From Balneola sp. (lineage in GTDB: Bacteria > Bacteroidota > Rhodothermia > Balneolales > Balneolaceae), in NCBI GenBank assembly GCA_048267405.1, contig JBLWXP010000001.1:20184-84183 (forward strand): 64,000 bases of DNA. Direction: 5' to 3'. A program made the position numbers and the translations under genes. Numbering within the stretch: the stretch's first letter is position 1; each line of letters begins with the position of its first letter. The notes beneath the pieces are model-generated. The model was not told the DNA's origin. It was given only the letters and a program-made list of their open reading frames with translations, and ran no database searches. This document shows, piece by piece, positions 48,469 through 58,142 of the stretch.

Positions 48469-48688
48469 TTGGATAAAGTATTTAATTCGGTAGCAAGTTG
48501 CTTGGTTAACTGCTCTATAGAATAATGTTGGATGACTTAGGCTTCATCAGAATGCGAACACTCTTTTCATTATGCGGCTGTATCAATACTAATCTATTCA
48601 AGGTTAGAGCACTTTTCTTTGCATAACTGGTGTATAGGCGCGTAAAGTTTTATTGTTACTCAAAAAGCTGTAAAGTTATTTATATAAT

Positions 48689-50002
48689 TTATAAACCTTG
48701 AATAAGCTGGGCTAGTTCTTTTGCTGTGCTTTTTCTGCTATACTTTTGTATCTGAGAAGTTTCGTTCTGGCTAGATTCACCGTTCAACCATTTTGAATAA
48801 ATAAGTTCTAGGAACTGTGTAGGCCCGTTGCTGTCATTCCACTCAAAAATAGTAGCAAAGGGTAACTCTGAAAGAAGTTTAGCAATATCGCCTTGAGTAT
48901 TGCCAAAGCACAGTATTGGATTTCCTGTGGCTAGATACTCCATCATTTTACCAGATATAATAACTTCAGAATGCTCAGTATTAGGTAATAAATTCACTAA
49001 TAGGTGAGAACTTTTCATAGCCTCTAAAGCACTTGGGTGAGGTACTCTGCCTGTGAAAGTAAAGGTTATGGTTTTTAACTCCTCGGATGAGGTAAACTCA
49101 GTCTGTATTTCAATATCGACATCTCCAACAAAACGAACATGTATTGGAATTTCTGGAAAGCTGGCGCAAAAATTAGCAAGTGTTTTCTTTAGAGAAATAT
49201 AGGGGTGGTGGACACTCAAAATACCAACATATGAAATCGTGAATGTTGAGTAATGCTTTTTATTGGCTAGCGCTATAGCCTCTTCATCAAATCCGTTATA
49301 GATAAATTTAAACTTATCCTGTTCAGTTGGGAGTTTAGACTGTAATAATTCACAAAGAGAAGGGCCCACAGTTAACACTAAATCGGCTTTTTCAAGAACG
49401 GATTGTTCTAGCTTTTGATCTTTTAGCTTAGACTTATTGGTTCGTGGAAGATCTTTATTGTAGTAAATCTCTGTCCAAGGATCACGTAGGTCTGCTAACC
49501 ACTTTATGTTGAATTTAGATTTAATTTCTAAACCAATAAGATGTGTGGAGTGTGGTGGGCCTGTTGTAATGATAGCATCAAAATGTTCATCTTCTAAAAG
49601 TTGAAAAGCTTTTTTTATTGCGTAAGAATTCCAACCAACTCTAGCATCGGGGATAAAATAATTAGCTCTTATATAACGGGAAATTTTTCCGAAAAATCCA
49701 GAGTTACTATTGCCAACATTTCCTTGAGGAATACCTTTGTTTGAGTTTCCGGTTGTAAGAAGTGAGTAGAGTTTTAACAGCTCAAAAGTTTTGGTGTGAT
49801 GTACCTTTATTTCCGCCACATTTTTACTAAGAGTACCGTCAATAGTTTTATAAGAGGCAGATTTAGGATCAACTGAAATAACCGTAGGAGTTATATTAAG
49901 CTCAGAGAGATATTTAGAAAAATACATCCACCTTTGTACTCCAGAGCCGCCACTTGGAGGCCAGTAATAAGAAATTATAAGTACTTTTTTTCTACTGGCC
50001 AA
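48689..50002 (-). CDS. glycosyltransferase (GT-B/GT4-like)
   Basis: 437 aa. The N-terminus KKVLIISYYWPPSGGSGVQRW is typical of a GT4-related family. 11-nt overlap with the upstream membrane-protein gene. Confidence 0.6.
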   Translation of the reverse strand: MASRKKVLIISYYWPPSGGSGVQRWMYFSKYLSELNITPTVISVDPKSASYKTIDGTLSKNVAEIKVHHTKTFELLKLYSLLTTGNSNKGIPQGNVGNSNSGFFGKISRYIRANYFIPDARVGWNSYAIKKAFQLLEDEHFDAIITTGPPHSTHLIGLEIKSKFNIKWLADLRDPWTEIYYNKDLPRTNKSKLKDQKLEQSVLEKADLVLTVGPSLCELLQSKLPTEQDKFKFIYNGFDEEAIALANKKHYSTFTISYVGILSVHHPYISLKKTLANFCASFPEIPIHVRFVGDVDIEIQTEFTSSEELKTITFTFTGRVPHPSALEAMKSSHLLVNLLPNTEHSEVIISGKMMEYLATGNPILCFGNTQGDIAKLLSELPFATIFEWNDSNGPTQFLELIYSKWLNGESSQNETSQIQKYSRKSTAKELAQLIQGL

Positions 50003-52466
50003 TTTTTCGTGTTTTCAAATAAGAGAATCCTACAAACAAACCTAAAAGAATCTGAAATACGAGTGAAACCAATGATAAAGTCACGCCAAGAGTATAAGAT
50101 TTCGGCTCGAATGAAAGTTTAATTTCATGCTCTCCGGCAGGTACTTGAATACCTCTTAATACATAATTAGTTTTGTAAATGGGAACTTCTTTTTCGTCGA
50201 TTGTAGCAATCCAGCCTGCTGGGTAATACACTTCGCTGAGTACTAGAAAACCATCTTTGGCTCTATTCGTTTTAAGTGTGATATCTTGCCCTGAGTAAAA
50301 AGTAATATCTATAGAGGAAGAACTGTCAGCGTTCGCACTAAGTGTAGATCCTGCATTTTCGACTACGGCTATGTGCGAGTAATCTATATTTGGCTGGCTA
50401 ACAAAATCATAAGCTTCTTGTGGCGACTGTGCATATGAAAGCGTATCAACAAAAAAGGCTTTCGGCAGGTTTTTCTTATTCTCGTAAACAGCAGCTGAGT
50501 TTCCTGTAAATACCATCGGTAAATCTGGAATGTTTAGTCCGGGCTGGTAGGTAATAAACTTGATGTTTAAGGCACCTAGTAAGTTGAGATTCAGACCAGC
50601 ATCTCCTTTATAAAGTGGTCCGCCACCTTTTTGTATATCGCTCACAATACTTAGTTTTGCGCCAGTATATCCACCTATAGTTGGGTAGAAATAAGAAGGA
50701 ACTGCATTTTGGAAAGGATCATCTAACAGTGGAAAGGTTCTGTTTGGATAAATTCCATTGGCTACATTTTGGTCGATAATATATTGATCAATATCTCTTT
50801 TCTGACTGTCTAAATAGCTTTCGGGATTAACTTCCGAGCTAACCATTGCTCTTTCCGGAATAAACCGCTTGTCTACGTTGATCAGGTCTACCCCAACAAG
50901 TAATACTAACACTAAAGAACCAGTACCGATAGAGATTTTCTTAGAATAGAAAAGGAAAATTACACCTCCACCGATAACCAGAAACAAACCAAATCTAAAA
51001 ACATCTCCATTTGCAGCTTCTTCTCTAGCTGGAATGAGGTTAGCTTTGACATAATTTGCAGCTTGTTGCTGAACTTGGGGATTCTTTGGGTTGACCTGAT
51101 TTTGTTGTGCAATTTGGTTTGCGATGTTATCAACCTCACCCGGTCGAGTATACTCCATCGTTTTTACTTGAGCTACTATAAAGAGAAAGAAGATGACCGT
51201 TAACCCCATTGGGAGCATAAGCTCTTTTATAGAAGTATTTTTTCTTTGAACAAAATCAAAAAACCATTGTAAGCCATACACCGAAACAATAGTGTAGCAG
51301 AAAACGGTTAATACTAACCAAGTTTCAGGTGCTCTGAATTTATTAAAGAGTGGAATATAATCGAATGCGATAGAGTTCAATAAAAGGAAATTTTCACCCC
51401 ATGCGAAGAAAATAGCAAGTGTACCAACTCCAAAAAACACATACATAAGCTTGCTTCGTTGCTTAAATAAAGCAATAAGGAGAAATGGAAGAATTAAAGC
51501 TCCTAAATAATGAGGCCCGGCAGTTCCGGGTTTACTCCCAAAGTAAGTTGGTGAAGCCCCTCCAAATAAATCAGGGACGAATAGTGTGAAAGTTTCTTTA
51601 ATGCCTTGTGACCACATAAATGCATAGCTAGTAGCTAGCCCAGTGGTGTTGTCTAAGGCCGAGCCGCCACGAATACTAAAAGGAGAGTATTCACTCAAGA
51701 TTAACAGACTTTGTGCATTGCCTAAAACTCCCAAAATACCACCTATTACAAGTAGGGATGTAACAAAACCCCATTTCTTATAATCTTTTTCGATTTTTAG
51801 ATATGTCCAGGAGTCAAAAGCCCATAATCCTGCTAACAGATACATGAAATAATATGTAATCTGAGGGTGTCCAGCTCTTACTTCCAGAGCCATAGCTACA
51901 CAAAATAGAAGGAGTCCGGCTATTTTTTTTGGTGAGCGAGTTAGAACCCAGTAGCCTGCAAAAATCCAAGGTGCAAAAGCAAGAGCAACGAACTTGGAAG
52001 TGTGACCAGCAATTATAATTATGGGGAAGTAGCTAGTAAGCCCAAAAGTTAAGCTGCCAAAAACCGCTGTTAAAGGCCTAAATCCCATTAAAATGAGCAG
52101 GAAGTACATTCCTGAAAGCATAATCCAATACTGAAAAGCTGGGTAAATTGTTCTAAAGAGCTTAGCAAGTATATCGAGATGTGGTACAACTGTTGGTAGC
52201 GTGACTACATACGTAGGCATCCCTAAAAACATATTATTTAGCCAAAGAGCATCTTCGTTATAGGTCTCCCTATATTCAATCGCAGACTCTGCGCCAGCTC
52301 GCCATTGGGTTATATCATGGCGTTGAAGGTCTTTGCCACCTAAAGTTGTTCCAAAAAAGAGAATTAAAGGAATGACAAAAAGGATAGCCAACGCAACAAT
52401 GTGTTGGCGTTTGATAGATAGGTTGTAAAAAAAATCTTGAGGAGTGCTAGCTGAGGACTCGGCCAT
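49992..52466 (-). CDS. YfhO-like polytopic membrane protein (putative GT-C-fold glycosyltransferase)
   Basis: 824 aa with about 13 TM helices in the first ~500 residues, a ~300-aa extracytoplasmic C-terminal domain and a final TM helix. This architecture and size match the YfhO family. Confidence 0.6.
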   Translation of the reverse strand: MAESSASTPQDFFYNLSIKRQHIVALAILFVIPLILFFGTTLGGKDLQRHDITQWRAGAESAIEYRETYNEDALWLNNMFLGMPTYVVTLPTVVPHLDILAKLFRTIYPAFQYWIMLSGMYFLLILMGFRPLTAVFGSLTFGLTSYFPIIIIAGHTSKFVALAFAPWIFAGYWVLTRSPKKIAGLLLFCVAMALEVRAGHPQITYYFMYLLAGLWAFDSWTYLKIEKDYKKWGFVTSLLVIGGILGVLGNAQSLLILSEYSPFSIRGGSALDNTTGLATSYAFMWSQGIKETFTLFVPDLFGGASPTYFGSKPGTAGPHYLGALILPFLLIALFKQRSKLMYVFFGVGTLAIFFAWGENFLLLNSIAFDYIPLFNKFRAPETWLVLTVFCYTIVSVYGLQWFFDFVQRKNTSIKELMLPMGLTVIFFLFIVAQVKTMEYTRPGEVDNIANQIAQQNQVNPKNPQVQQQAANYVKANLIPAREEAANGDVFRFGLFLVIGGGVIFLFYSKKISIGTGSLVLVLLVGVDLINVDKRFIPERAMVSSEVNPESYLDSQKRDIDQYIIDQNVANGIYPNRTFPLLDDPFQNAVPSYFYPTIGGYTGAKLSIVSDIQKGGGPLYKGDAGLNLNLLGALNIKFITYQPGLNIPDLPMVFTGNSAAVYENKKNLPKAFFVDTLSYAQSPQEAYDFVSQPNIDYSHIAVVENAGSTLSANADSSSSIDITFYSGQDITLKTNRAKDGFLVLSEVYYPAGWIATIDEKEVPIYKTNYVLRGIQVPAGEHEIKLSFEPKSYTLGVTLSLVSLVFQILLGLFVGFSYLKTRKIGQ

Positions 52467-52468
52467 AA

Positions 52469-52756
52469 TTATTCAATTACTTTAGGTACGCGGAAGTAAT
52501 CAGAATCTGCATCCGGCGCATTTTTAAGAGCATCGTCGTGAGGGAGTGGCGGTAAAGCTACATCCTTTCTAAAACGACTATCAAGCTCGATTACATGCTC
52601 AAGTGGTTCAACGTTTGTAGTGTCTAATTCGCTAAGCATCTCCATATATTGGAGGATTTTACTCATATCGCCAGCAAAGGAAACAACTTCCTCTTCTGTA
52701 AGTTGGAGTTTAGCCAAATTGGCAATGTACTTAACATCTTTTTCTGAAACGGACAT
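52469..52756 (-). CDS. gatC: Asp-tRNA(Asn)/Glu-tRNA(Gln) amidotransferase subunit C
   Basis: 95 aa. The segment DVKYIANLAKLQLTEEEVVSFAGDMSKILQYMEMLSELDT is typical of GatC. Confidence 0.85.
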   Translation of the reverse strand: MSVSEKDVKYIANLAKLQLTEEEVVSFAGDMSKILQYMEMLSELDTTNVEPLEHVIELDSRFRKDVALPPLPHDDALKNAPDADSDYFRVPKVIE

Positions 52757-52921
52757 ACTAAATAATCGGGTTAATTCTGTAGAACTAAGTTAAGAAAGAT
52801 TGATACAAAGGTTAATCCCATTTCATTATAAAAACAAAAAGGAGTTTAATACTTTAAAGTAGGCCTTTAAGCTGGGAAATTATATAAATTTTGTTCATTT
52901 TATTTGTCCAAAATACAGAAT

Positions 52922-53194
52922 ATGATCAAGAAGAAAATAACTATTAAAAACTCATCGGGCTTACATGCTCGTCCATCTGCTGCGTTAGTTAAAAATGCGA
53001 GTAAATTTAAGTCTAGTTTTTATATCCATTTGTATGGATATCGCGTAAATGGAAAAAGCATTCTCGGTGTAATGACCTTGGCTGCAGAATGTGGTGCCGA
53101 ATTAGAGTTTGAATTTGACGGTCCTGATGAAATAGAGGCAATGGAAGCTATCACCGCGCTAGTGGATGATAAGTTCGGAATGCATGATGAGTAG
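52922..53194 (+). CDS. ptsH: phosphocarrier protein HPr
   Basis: Start chosen at ATG 52922 (MIKKKITIKN). His15 lies in GLHARPSA (codon 52964-52966). Ser46 lies in VNGKSILGVM (codon 53057-53059). Confidence 0.85.
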   Translation: MIKKKITIKNSSGLHARPSAALVKNASKFKSSFYIHLYGYRVNGKSILGVMTLAAECGAELEFEFDGPDEIEAMEAITALVDDKFGMHDE

Positions 53195-54902
53195 CGAAAG
53201 CCAGAGCTTAGGTAATGTAATTACTGGGATTTCAGCAAGTGAAGGCATTGCCATAGGTAAAGTGCATGTTTTAAATGAGAAAAAAAGAAAGGTGGAACCA
53301 AAGTCCATTTTAGCATCACAAGTGGATCACCATAAAGAGAGTTTTAAGAAGGCGAGACTGCTACTCACCCAAGAACTAGATGAGATGCTCGCGCGTTTAG
53401 ACCGAACATCTACAGAAATTATTGAGAGTCAGAAGCATATTGCTTTAGATCCAGAAATTGAACGGAGAGTTTTTGAAGTAATAGAAGTTGATTTACTTAG
53501 TGCTGATTATGCTGTTTATTCAACGTACTGTCTGTTTATAGAAAAATTAAAAGAGAGTGGGTCGGAACTTTTTCAGCAGCGTATTATAGACTTGGAAGAC
53601 TTGCGCAATCGTTTAGTTGACCTTGTTTGTGATGATTCAAAAAGTGTTGAGGTTAAGAAAGGCTCCATTGTTATAGCTAAAGAGTTAAGTCCAACGGAAC
53701 TAGTTGCAATGCACGAAAGTGGAATCGATGGTTTAGTGATGGAAAAGGGCGGGATAACTTCTCATGCTGCATTGATTGCGCAATCTTTAGGTATTCCTTG
53801 CATTGTAAATGCAAAAAGCGCGATATCTCGTGCTAAAGAGGGAAAGGTTATTCTAGATGGGCGCGAAGGTTTGTTGATTTTAAAACCAACCCAAGAAGAG
53901 TTTGCGTATTATAAGGCTAAGCTCTCTAAGCTGAAGCGAAAAAGGAAACAGCTCCTTAAGAATGCTACAGAACCTTCAGCAACAAAATCTGGAACACCAT
54001 TTTCGTTATCGGCAAATGTAGAGTTTCTTTCAGAGTCTGAGCAAGCAAAATTGTACCATGCTAATGGCGTTGGGCTTTTAAGAACAGAAGGGCTGTTGTT
54101 TAGTGGGAAAATTTCTGAAAGTGAACAAGAGCGTTTTTACGAGCAATTATTAAATGATATCCCTGGTGCATTAGTAGTAAGACTTTTTGATGTTGGTGGT
54201 GATAAAGTTGGAATAAGGCACGTTGAAGAAGCGAATCCTTTTTTAGGATGGCGTGGTATTAGAATGCTACTCGATGAATCAGAGATGTTTACAACACAGC
54301 TTAAAGCCTTACTGAAAGTAGCCGGGAAATATCCAAAAAGAGTAAAAATATTGGTCCCTATGATCTCTGTAGAAGAAGAGATTATTGAGGTAAAACGAAC
54401 CATAGAAGAAGTTCAAGGAAACTTAGAAAAGGCTGGCTTCGAGATTGATACTAATATCCCGCTTGGTATAATGATAGAAGTTCCAAGTGCTGCTCTCATC
54501 GCAGATAAGCTGGCCAAGCACGTCGATTTTTTTAGTATCGGAACTAATGACTTAACCCAATACACCTTAGCGGTAGATCGAGGAAATGAACGTATATGTT
54601 CATTATACCAACAGCAGCACCCTGCAATATGGCGATTGATTAAAATTACAATGGACGCTGCTCGAGCAAATAATATTGATATCTCAGTGTGTGGAGAGCT
54701 GGCAGGAAGTGCATTAGGAGCAAGTGGACTTATAGGATTAGGTATTACAGACCTTAGTATGGTGCCCGCATCAATTCCAAAAGTAAAGGAAGAGCTAATT
54801 TCACATACTGATGATGAGTTTCAGTCTTTATCTGAACAGATTTTAGATTGCTCGTCAGCTACTCAAGTTTTGGATATTTTTGAGAAATGGAGAATCCATT
54901 AA
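53184..54902 (+). CDS. ptsI: phosphoenolpyruvate--protein phosphotransferase (Enzyme I)
   Basis: About 572 aa. The phospho-His region GGITSHAALIAQSLGIPCIV is present, with GLLRTE, GTNDLTQY and CGELAG. The start (53184 ATG) overlaps the ptsH stop. The track start at 53166 is less likely. Confidence 0.9.
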   Translation: MMSSESQSLGNVITGISASEGIAIGKVHVLNEKKRKVEPKSILASQVDHHKESFKKARLLLTQELDEMLARLDRTSTEIIESQKHIALDPEIERRVFEVIEVDLLSADYAVYSTYCLFIEKLKESGSELFQQRIIDLEDLRNRLVDLVCDDSKSVEVKKGSIVIAKELSPTELVAMHESGIDGLVMEKGGITSHAALIAQSLGIPCIVNAKSAISRAKEGKVILDGREGLLILKPTQEEFAYYKAKLSKLKRKRKQLLKNATEPSATKSGTPFSLSANVEFLSESEQAKLYHANGVGLLRTEGLLFSGKISESEQERFYEQLLNDIPGALVVRLFDVGGDKVGIRHVEEANPFLGWRGIRMLLDESEMFTTQLKALLKVAGKYPKRVKILVPMISVEEEIIEVKRTIEEVQGNLEKAGFEIDTNIPLGIMIEVPSAALIADKLAKHVDFFSIGTNDLTQYTLAVDRGNERICSLYQQQHPAIWRLIKITMDAARANNIDISVCGELAGSALGASGLIGLGITDLSMVPASIPKVKEELISHTDDEFQSLSEQILDCSSATQVLDIFEKWRIH

Positions 54903-55128
54903 TCCATCAAAAATTATAATTTAGAGAAATTAATTTAGGTTAATAGTGCCCTAGCGATAGTTCTTTTTGTTTAGAAGCGGTTTCATAATTATCAATTAAG
55001 GAAATATTAATTTTATATTAAATAAATAAGGTTAATTAATAACAATGATAATATAATTACTGTTTATTGTGTATTTGATTTAAAAATAAACCGTATATTA
55101 AACGGTGAACTTAAATCAATAAGTAGTT

Positions 55129-55428
55129 ATGATTAAAAAAGAATTTACTCCGAAACGAACTGTCTGTAAAGTTACTCTAACAATTCCTAAAGATTGGGCA
55201 ACTAAAGAAGTTGCAGTAGCAGGAGACTTTAATGACTGGGACACCGAGGCAAATAAACTTCAAGAAAAAAATGGAAGTTGGCAAATACAGCTCCGCCTTA
55301 AGCCAAACGCATCATACGCTTTTAAGTATTTTATAGACGGTGAGCGCTGGGAAAATGATGACGCTGCAGACGAATATGTAGCTAATAAATTTGGTACAGA
55401 AGACTCTTTAATTTACATTGAGAGCTAA
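55129..55428 (+). CDS. stand-alone CBM48/AMPK-beta-type glycogen-binding-domain protein
   Basis: 99 aa. KVTLTIPKDWATKEVAVAGDFNDWD...WQIQLRLKPNASYAFKYFIDGERWENDD matches the AMPK1_CBM/isoamylase-N pattern. Confidence 0.7.
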   Translation: MIKKEFTPKRTVCKVTLTIPKDWATKEVAVAGDFNDWDTEANKLQEKNGSWQIQLRLKPNASYAFKYFIDGERWENDDAADEYVANKFGTEDSLIYIES

Positions 55429-56224
55429 ACCAAATTCATTGTTCAATCAGCAACTTTACGAGCAAAAGTTAACAACCTCTTGGATAGGTCATAGCTTTGT
55501 ATTTTTTGAGGAAATCGATTCTACGAATTCCTACGCTAAAATTGCGGACGCGTCTATTGTTTCTGAAGGTACGCTGGTGCTTGCAGAAGCCCAAACTGCA
55601 GGCCGAGGACAACATCGGCGGGTATGGGATGCAAAAGCAGGTGATAATCTAACCTTCAGTATCGTATTTAAGCCCAAAAATCCAGATAGATTATCAATCC
55701 TAACCTTAGCCTGCGCCTCAGCAATTTATGATGTCGCTAAAAAAATGGCCCCTAAGAATCACGTTGTTTTAAAATGGCCAAATGATGTTCTTATTGACGG
55801 GAAAAAAACAGCAGGCATTCTAACAGATACCGTTTTTAATGGGAATATTTTAGAAAAGGTGATTGTGGGAATCGGGCTTAATGTAAACCAAATCAGTTTT
55901 GATAATGAACTCGCAGAAAAAGCTACTTCGTTAAGTACTTTGGTGGGTAAACCTTTGTGTAGAGAACTATTATTAGCAGAACTATTATCTCGGATAGAAT
56001 ATAATTACCAAAGATGGATGATGCGCGATATTGAGCTCATCAAAGAAATTAACAATAAAATTATAGGTTACGGGGATTGGGTGTCTTTAGAAGTGGATGG
56101 GCAAGAATTACCTAGCTTATATAAGTTTTTAGGAATGAATGAACTTGGTGCACTTCAGGTGTTGAATAAGGAGTTAGAAGTGAATACTTTTTCCTATGAA
56201 CAAGTCCGAGTTAAGATTGGTTGA
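55418..56224 (+). CDS. birA: biotin--[acetyl-CoA-carboxylase] ligase (no N-terminal HTH)
   Basis: 268 aa. Motifs seen: DSTNSYA, QTAGRGQHRRVW, KWPNDVLIDGKKTAGIL. The TTG start at 55418 is uncertain. Confidence 0.85.
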   Translation: MRAKPNSLFNQQLYEQKLTTSWIGHSFVFFEEIDSTNSYAKIADASIVSEGTLVLAEAQTAGRGQHRRVWDAKAGDNLTFSIVFKPKNPDRLSILTLACASAIYDVAKKMAPKNHVVLKWPNDVLIDGKKTAGILTDTVFNGNILEKVIVGIGLNVNQISFDNELAEKATSLSTLVGKPLCRELLLAELLSRIEYNYQRWMMRDIELIKEINNKIIGYGDWVSLEVDGQELPSLYKFLGMNELGALQVLNKELEVNTFSYEQVRVKIG

Positions 56225-57536
56225 AAGTTCAACCAAAAATATTCAGAAACTAAAGTTAGCCCCTCAATCAAAAGTTATTGTAGGTGTAAGTGGTGGCGCA
56301 GATTCAATGGCGCTACTTTATGTTTTGCACAGCCTACAAATTGATGCTTTAGTGGTACATATCAATTATGGGAAAAGAGGGTTAGCATCGGACCAAGACC
56401 AAGAACTTGTTGAAGGTTTGGCATTTGAATGGGGTTTTGAGTGCATTTCGATCTCATTAGACCCGAACGATGCCCAAAACACAAACTTTCAAAGTTGGGC
56501 ACGAGAGGAGAGGTATCGCATATTTAGAGAGCTTAAAGAAGTAAATAATGCAGAAGCTATTCTGGTTGCTCACCATAGAGATGATCAAGTAGAAACTATC
56601 CTTCAGAAATTATTTAGAGGAAGTGGAGTTATTGCTTGGCAGGGAATGAAAGTTTGGGATGGTGAAATTCTACGCCCATTTCTAGAGATAACGAAAATCG
56701 ATATACTAGATTTTTGTGCTCAGAATAGCATTCCGTATAGGGTGGATGAAAGTAACTTGACTTCCGACTATGCACGAAATTTTCTTCGGAATAGCTTTGA
56801 GCCCAAGCTAAATAAATTATTTCCTGGTTGGGAGCAGAATGTACTTTCGCTGGCGGATAAAGGAATGGTTGCAAAGCAAGCCATACAAAGTATTCTGAAT
56901 GAAATTTCCGAAAAAGGATCTATTAAAATAGAACCTTTGCAAAGCTACCCCAAGGAATTGCGCATTACACTTCTTAAATCCTATATAGAAACTTATACAA
57001 GTATTACTTCGCTCACTAAAGGACAATTATTAGAACTCGAAAAACTTAGCAGATTAGAGGCTGGTAAGCAGATTAAATTAAATAGTAGCTATACTTTAGT
57101 TAAAGACAGAACTTTATTAATAATTAAGAATAATTCTAGCGAAAGCCTTGTATCTTATCAGCTTTCAAAAAAAGAATGTGTGGAGGGTGTGTCTATTAAG
57201 CCGTTTAAATTAACAATTGAGAACCAAGCGAATTCAGATTTCGCCCTTCGAATGGATAGCGCCCAAATAAGCTGGCCAATTACAGTTCGGACATGGCAAA
57301 ATGGAGATCGATTTCAGCCATTGGGGATGATAGGTTCGCAAAAAGTATCAAAGCATTTAAGTAACCTTAAAGTATCTACATCTATCAAAAAAAAGGCATT
57401 GGTATTATGCGCCTCAGATGGTACTATTTACGCTACTTTTTTTTCTGAACATATTGAGAACCCTCGAATCGGTACAATATCAGATATTGTGAAGTGTACC
57501 GAACAAACAAAAGAATACCTCACCATAAATATTTAA
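56196..57536 (+). CDS. tilS: tRNA(Ile)-lysidine synthase
   Basis: 446 aa. PP-loop VGVSGGADSMAL is present, with AHHRDDQVET and the C-terminal TilS substrate-binding domain. Confidence 0.85.
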   Translation: MNKSELRLVESSTKNIQKLKLAPQSKVIVGVSGGADSMALLYVLHSLQIDALVVHINYGKRGLASDQDQELVEGLAFEWGFECISISLDPNDAQNTNFQSWAREERYRIFRELKEVNNAEAILVAHHRDDQVETILQKLFRGSGVIAWQGMKVWDGEILRPFLEITKIDILDFCAQNSIPYRVDESNLTSDYARNFLRNSFEPKLNKLFPGWEQNVLSLADKGMVAKQAIQSILNEISEKGSIKIEPLQSYPKELRITLLKSYIETYTSITSLTKGQLLELEKLSRLEAGKQIKLNSSYTLVKDRTLLIIKNNSSESLVSYQLSKKECVEGVSIKPFKLTIENQANSDFALRMDSAQISWPITVRTWQNGDRFQPLGMIGSQKVSKHLSNLKVSTSIKKKALVLCASDGTIYATFFSEHIENPRIGTISDIVKCTEQTKEYLTINI

Positions 57537-57546
57537 GTGACAGATT

Positions 57547-58113
57547 ATGAGTTTTTTCCTTCCTGAAAGTGTAGAGTGTAATGGAGAACGTTTCGTTGTA
57601 TATATTAGCAAAAAACAAATCGAAGAAAGGTTAATACTTCTTGGGGAACAGCTGGATAAAGAGTTTGAAGGGAAAAAGCCGATTTTTATTGGAGTGCTGA
57701 ATGGTGCTTTTATATTTCTTGCAGATTTGATGCGCTACGTGTCTATTCCCTGCGAAGTGGATTTTATGAAGTTAAGTAGTTATGGAGACGAAAAAGTTTC
57801 CTCAGGTCAAGTTACTCAGCTAAAAGAAATAGATGCGAAACTCAAAGATCGCCATGTAATCTTAGTTGAAGATATTATTGATACCGGCTTATCTATGAAG
57901 TATATGGTTGAAAGAATGAAAAATTTCGAACCTGCTTCAGTTTCTGTGGTAACCCTACTTCATAAAAAAGAAGCTACACTACATGATGTTCAAATTGATT
58001 ATGTTGGGTTTGAAATACCCACCAAATTTGTATTGGGCTACGGGCTTGATTATGCACAAGAAGGGCGAAATTTAGCTCAAATTTATGTGCTAGATGATGG
58101 CACAGAAGTGTGA
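57547..58113 (+). CDS. hpt: hypoxanthine phosphoribosyltransferase
   Basis: 188 aa. The PRPP-binding motif VILVEDIIDTGLS is present, with GYGLDY. Confidence 0.9.
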   Translation: MSFFLPESVECNGERFVVYISKKQIEERLILLGEQLDKEFEGKKPIFIGVLNGAFIFLADLMRYVSIPCEVDFMKLSSYGDEKVSSGQVTQLKEIDAKLKDRHVILVEDIIDTGLSMKYMVERMKNFEPASVSVVTLLHKKEATLHDVQIDYVGFEIPTKFVLGYGLDYAQEGRNLAQIYVLDDGTEV

Positions 58114-58142
58114 AATTTTAACGGTTAATACTATCTAAGTAC

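Noticed and set aside
48469-48688. 220-bp non-coding gap upstream of wecB. It contains a 23-codon frame (VIQHYSIEQLTKQLATELNTLSK) whose TGA overlaps the wecB ATG, which could be a remnant of a decayed upstream gene.
   Set aside because: The frame is too short, has no start codon, and the other frames upstream are full of stops. It cannot be distinguished from chance without homology searches.
52757-55128. GGTTAAT heptamer occurring twice upstream of ptsH (about 52770 and 52818) and twice in the AT-rich spacer after ptsI (about 54936 and 55031). This could be a shared operator.
   Set aside because: At this base composition I estimate several occurrences per strand by chance in 64 kb. There is no consistent spacing or palindromic partner.
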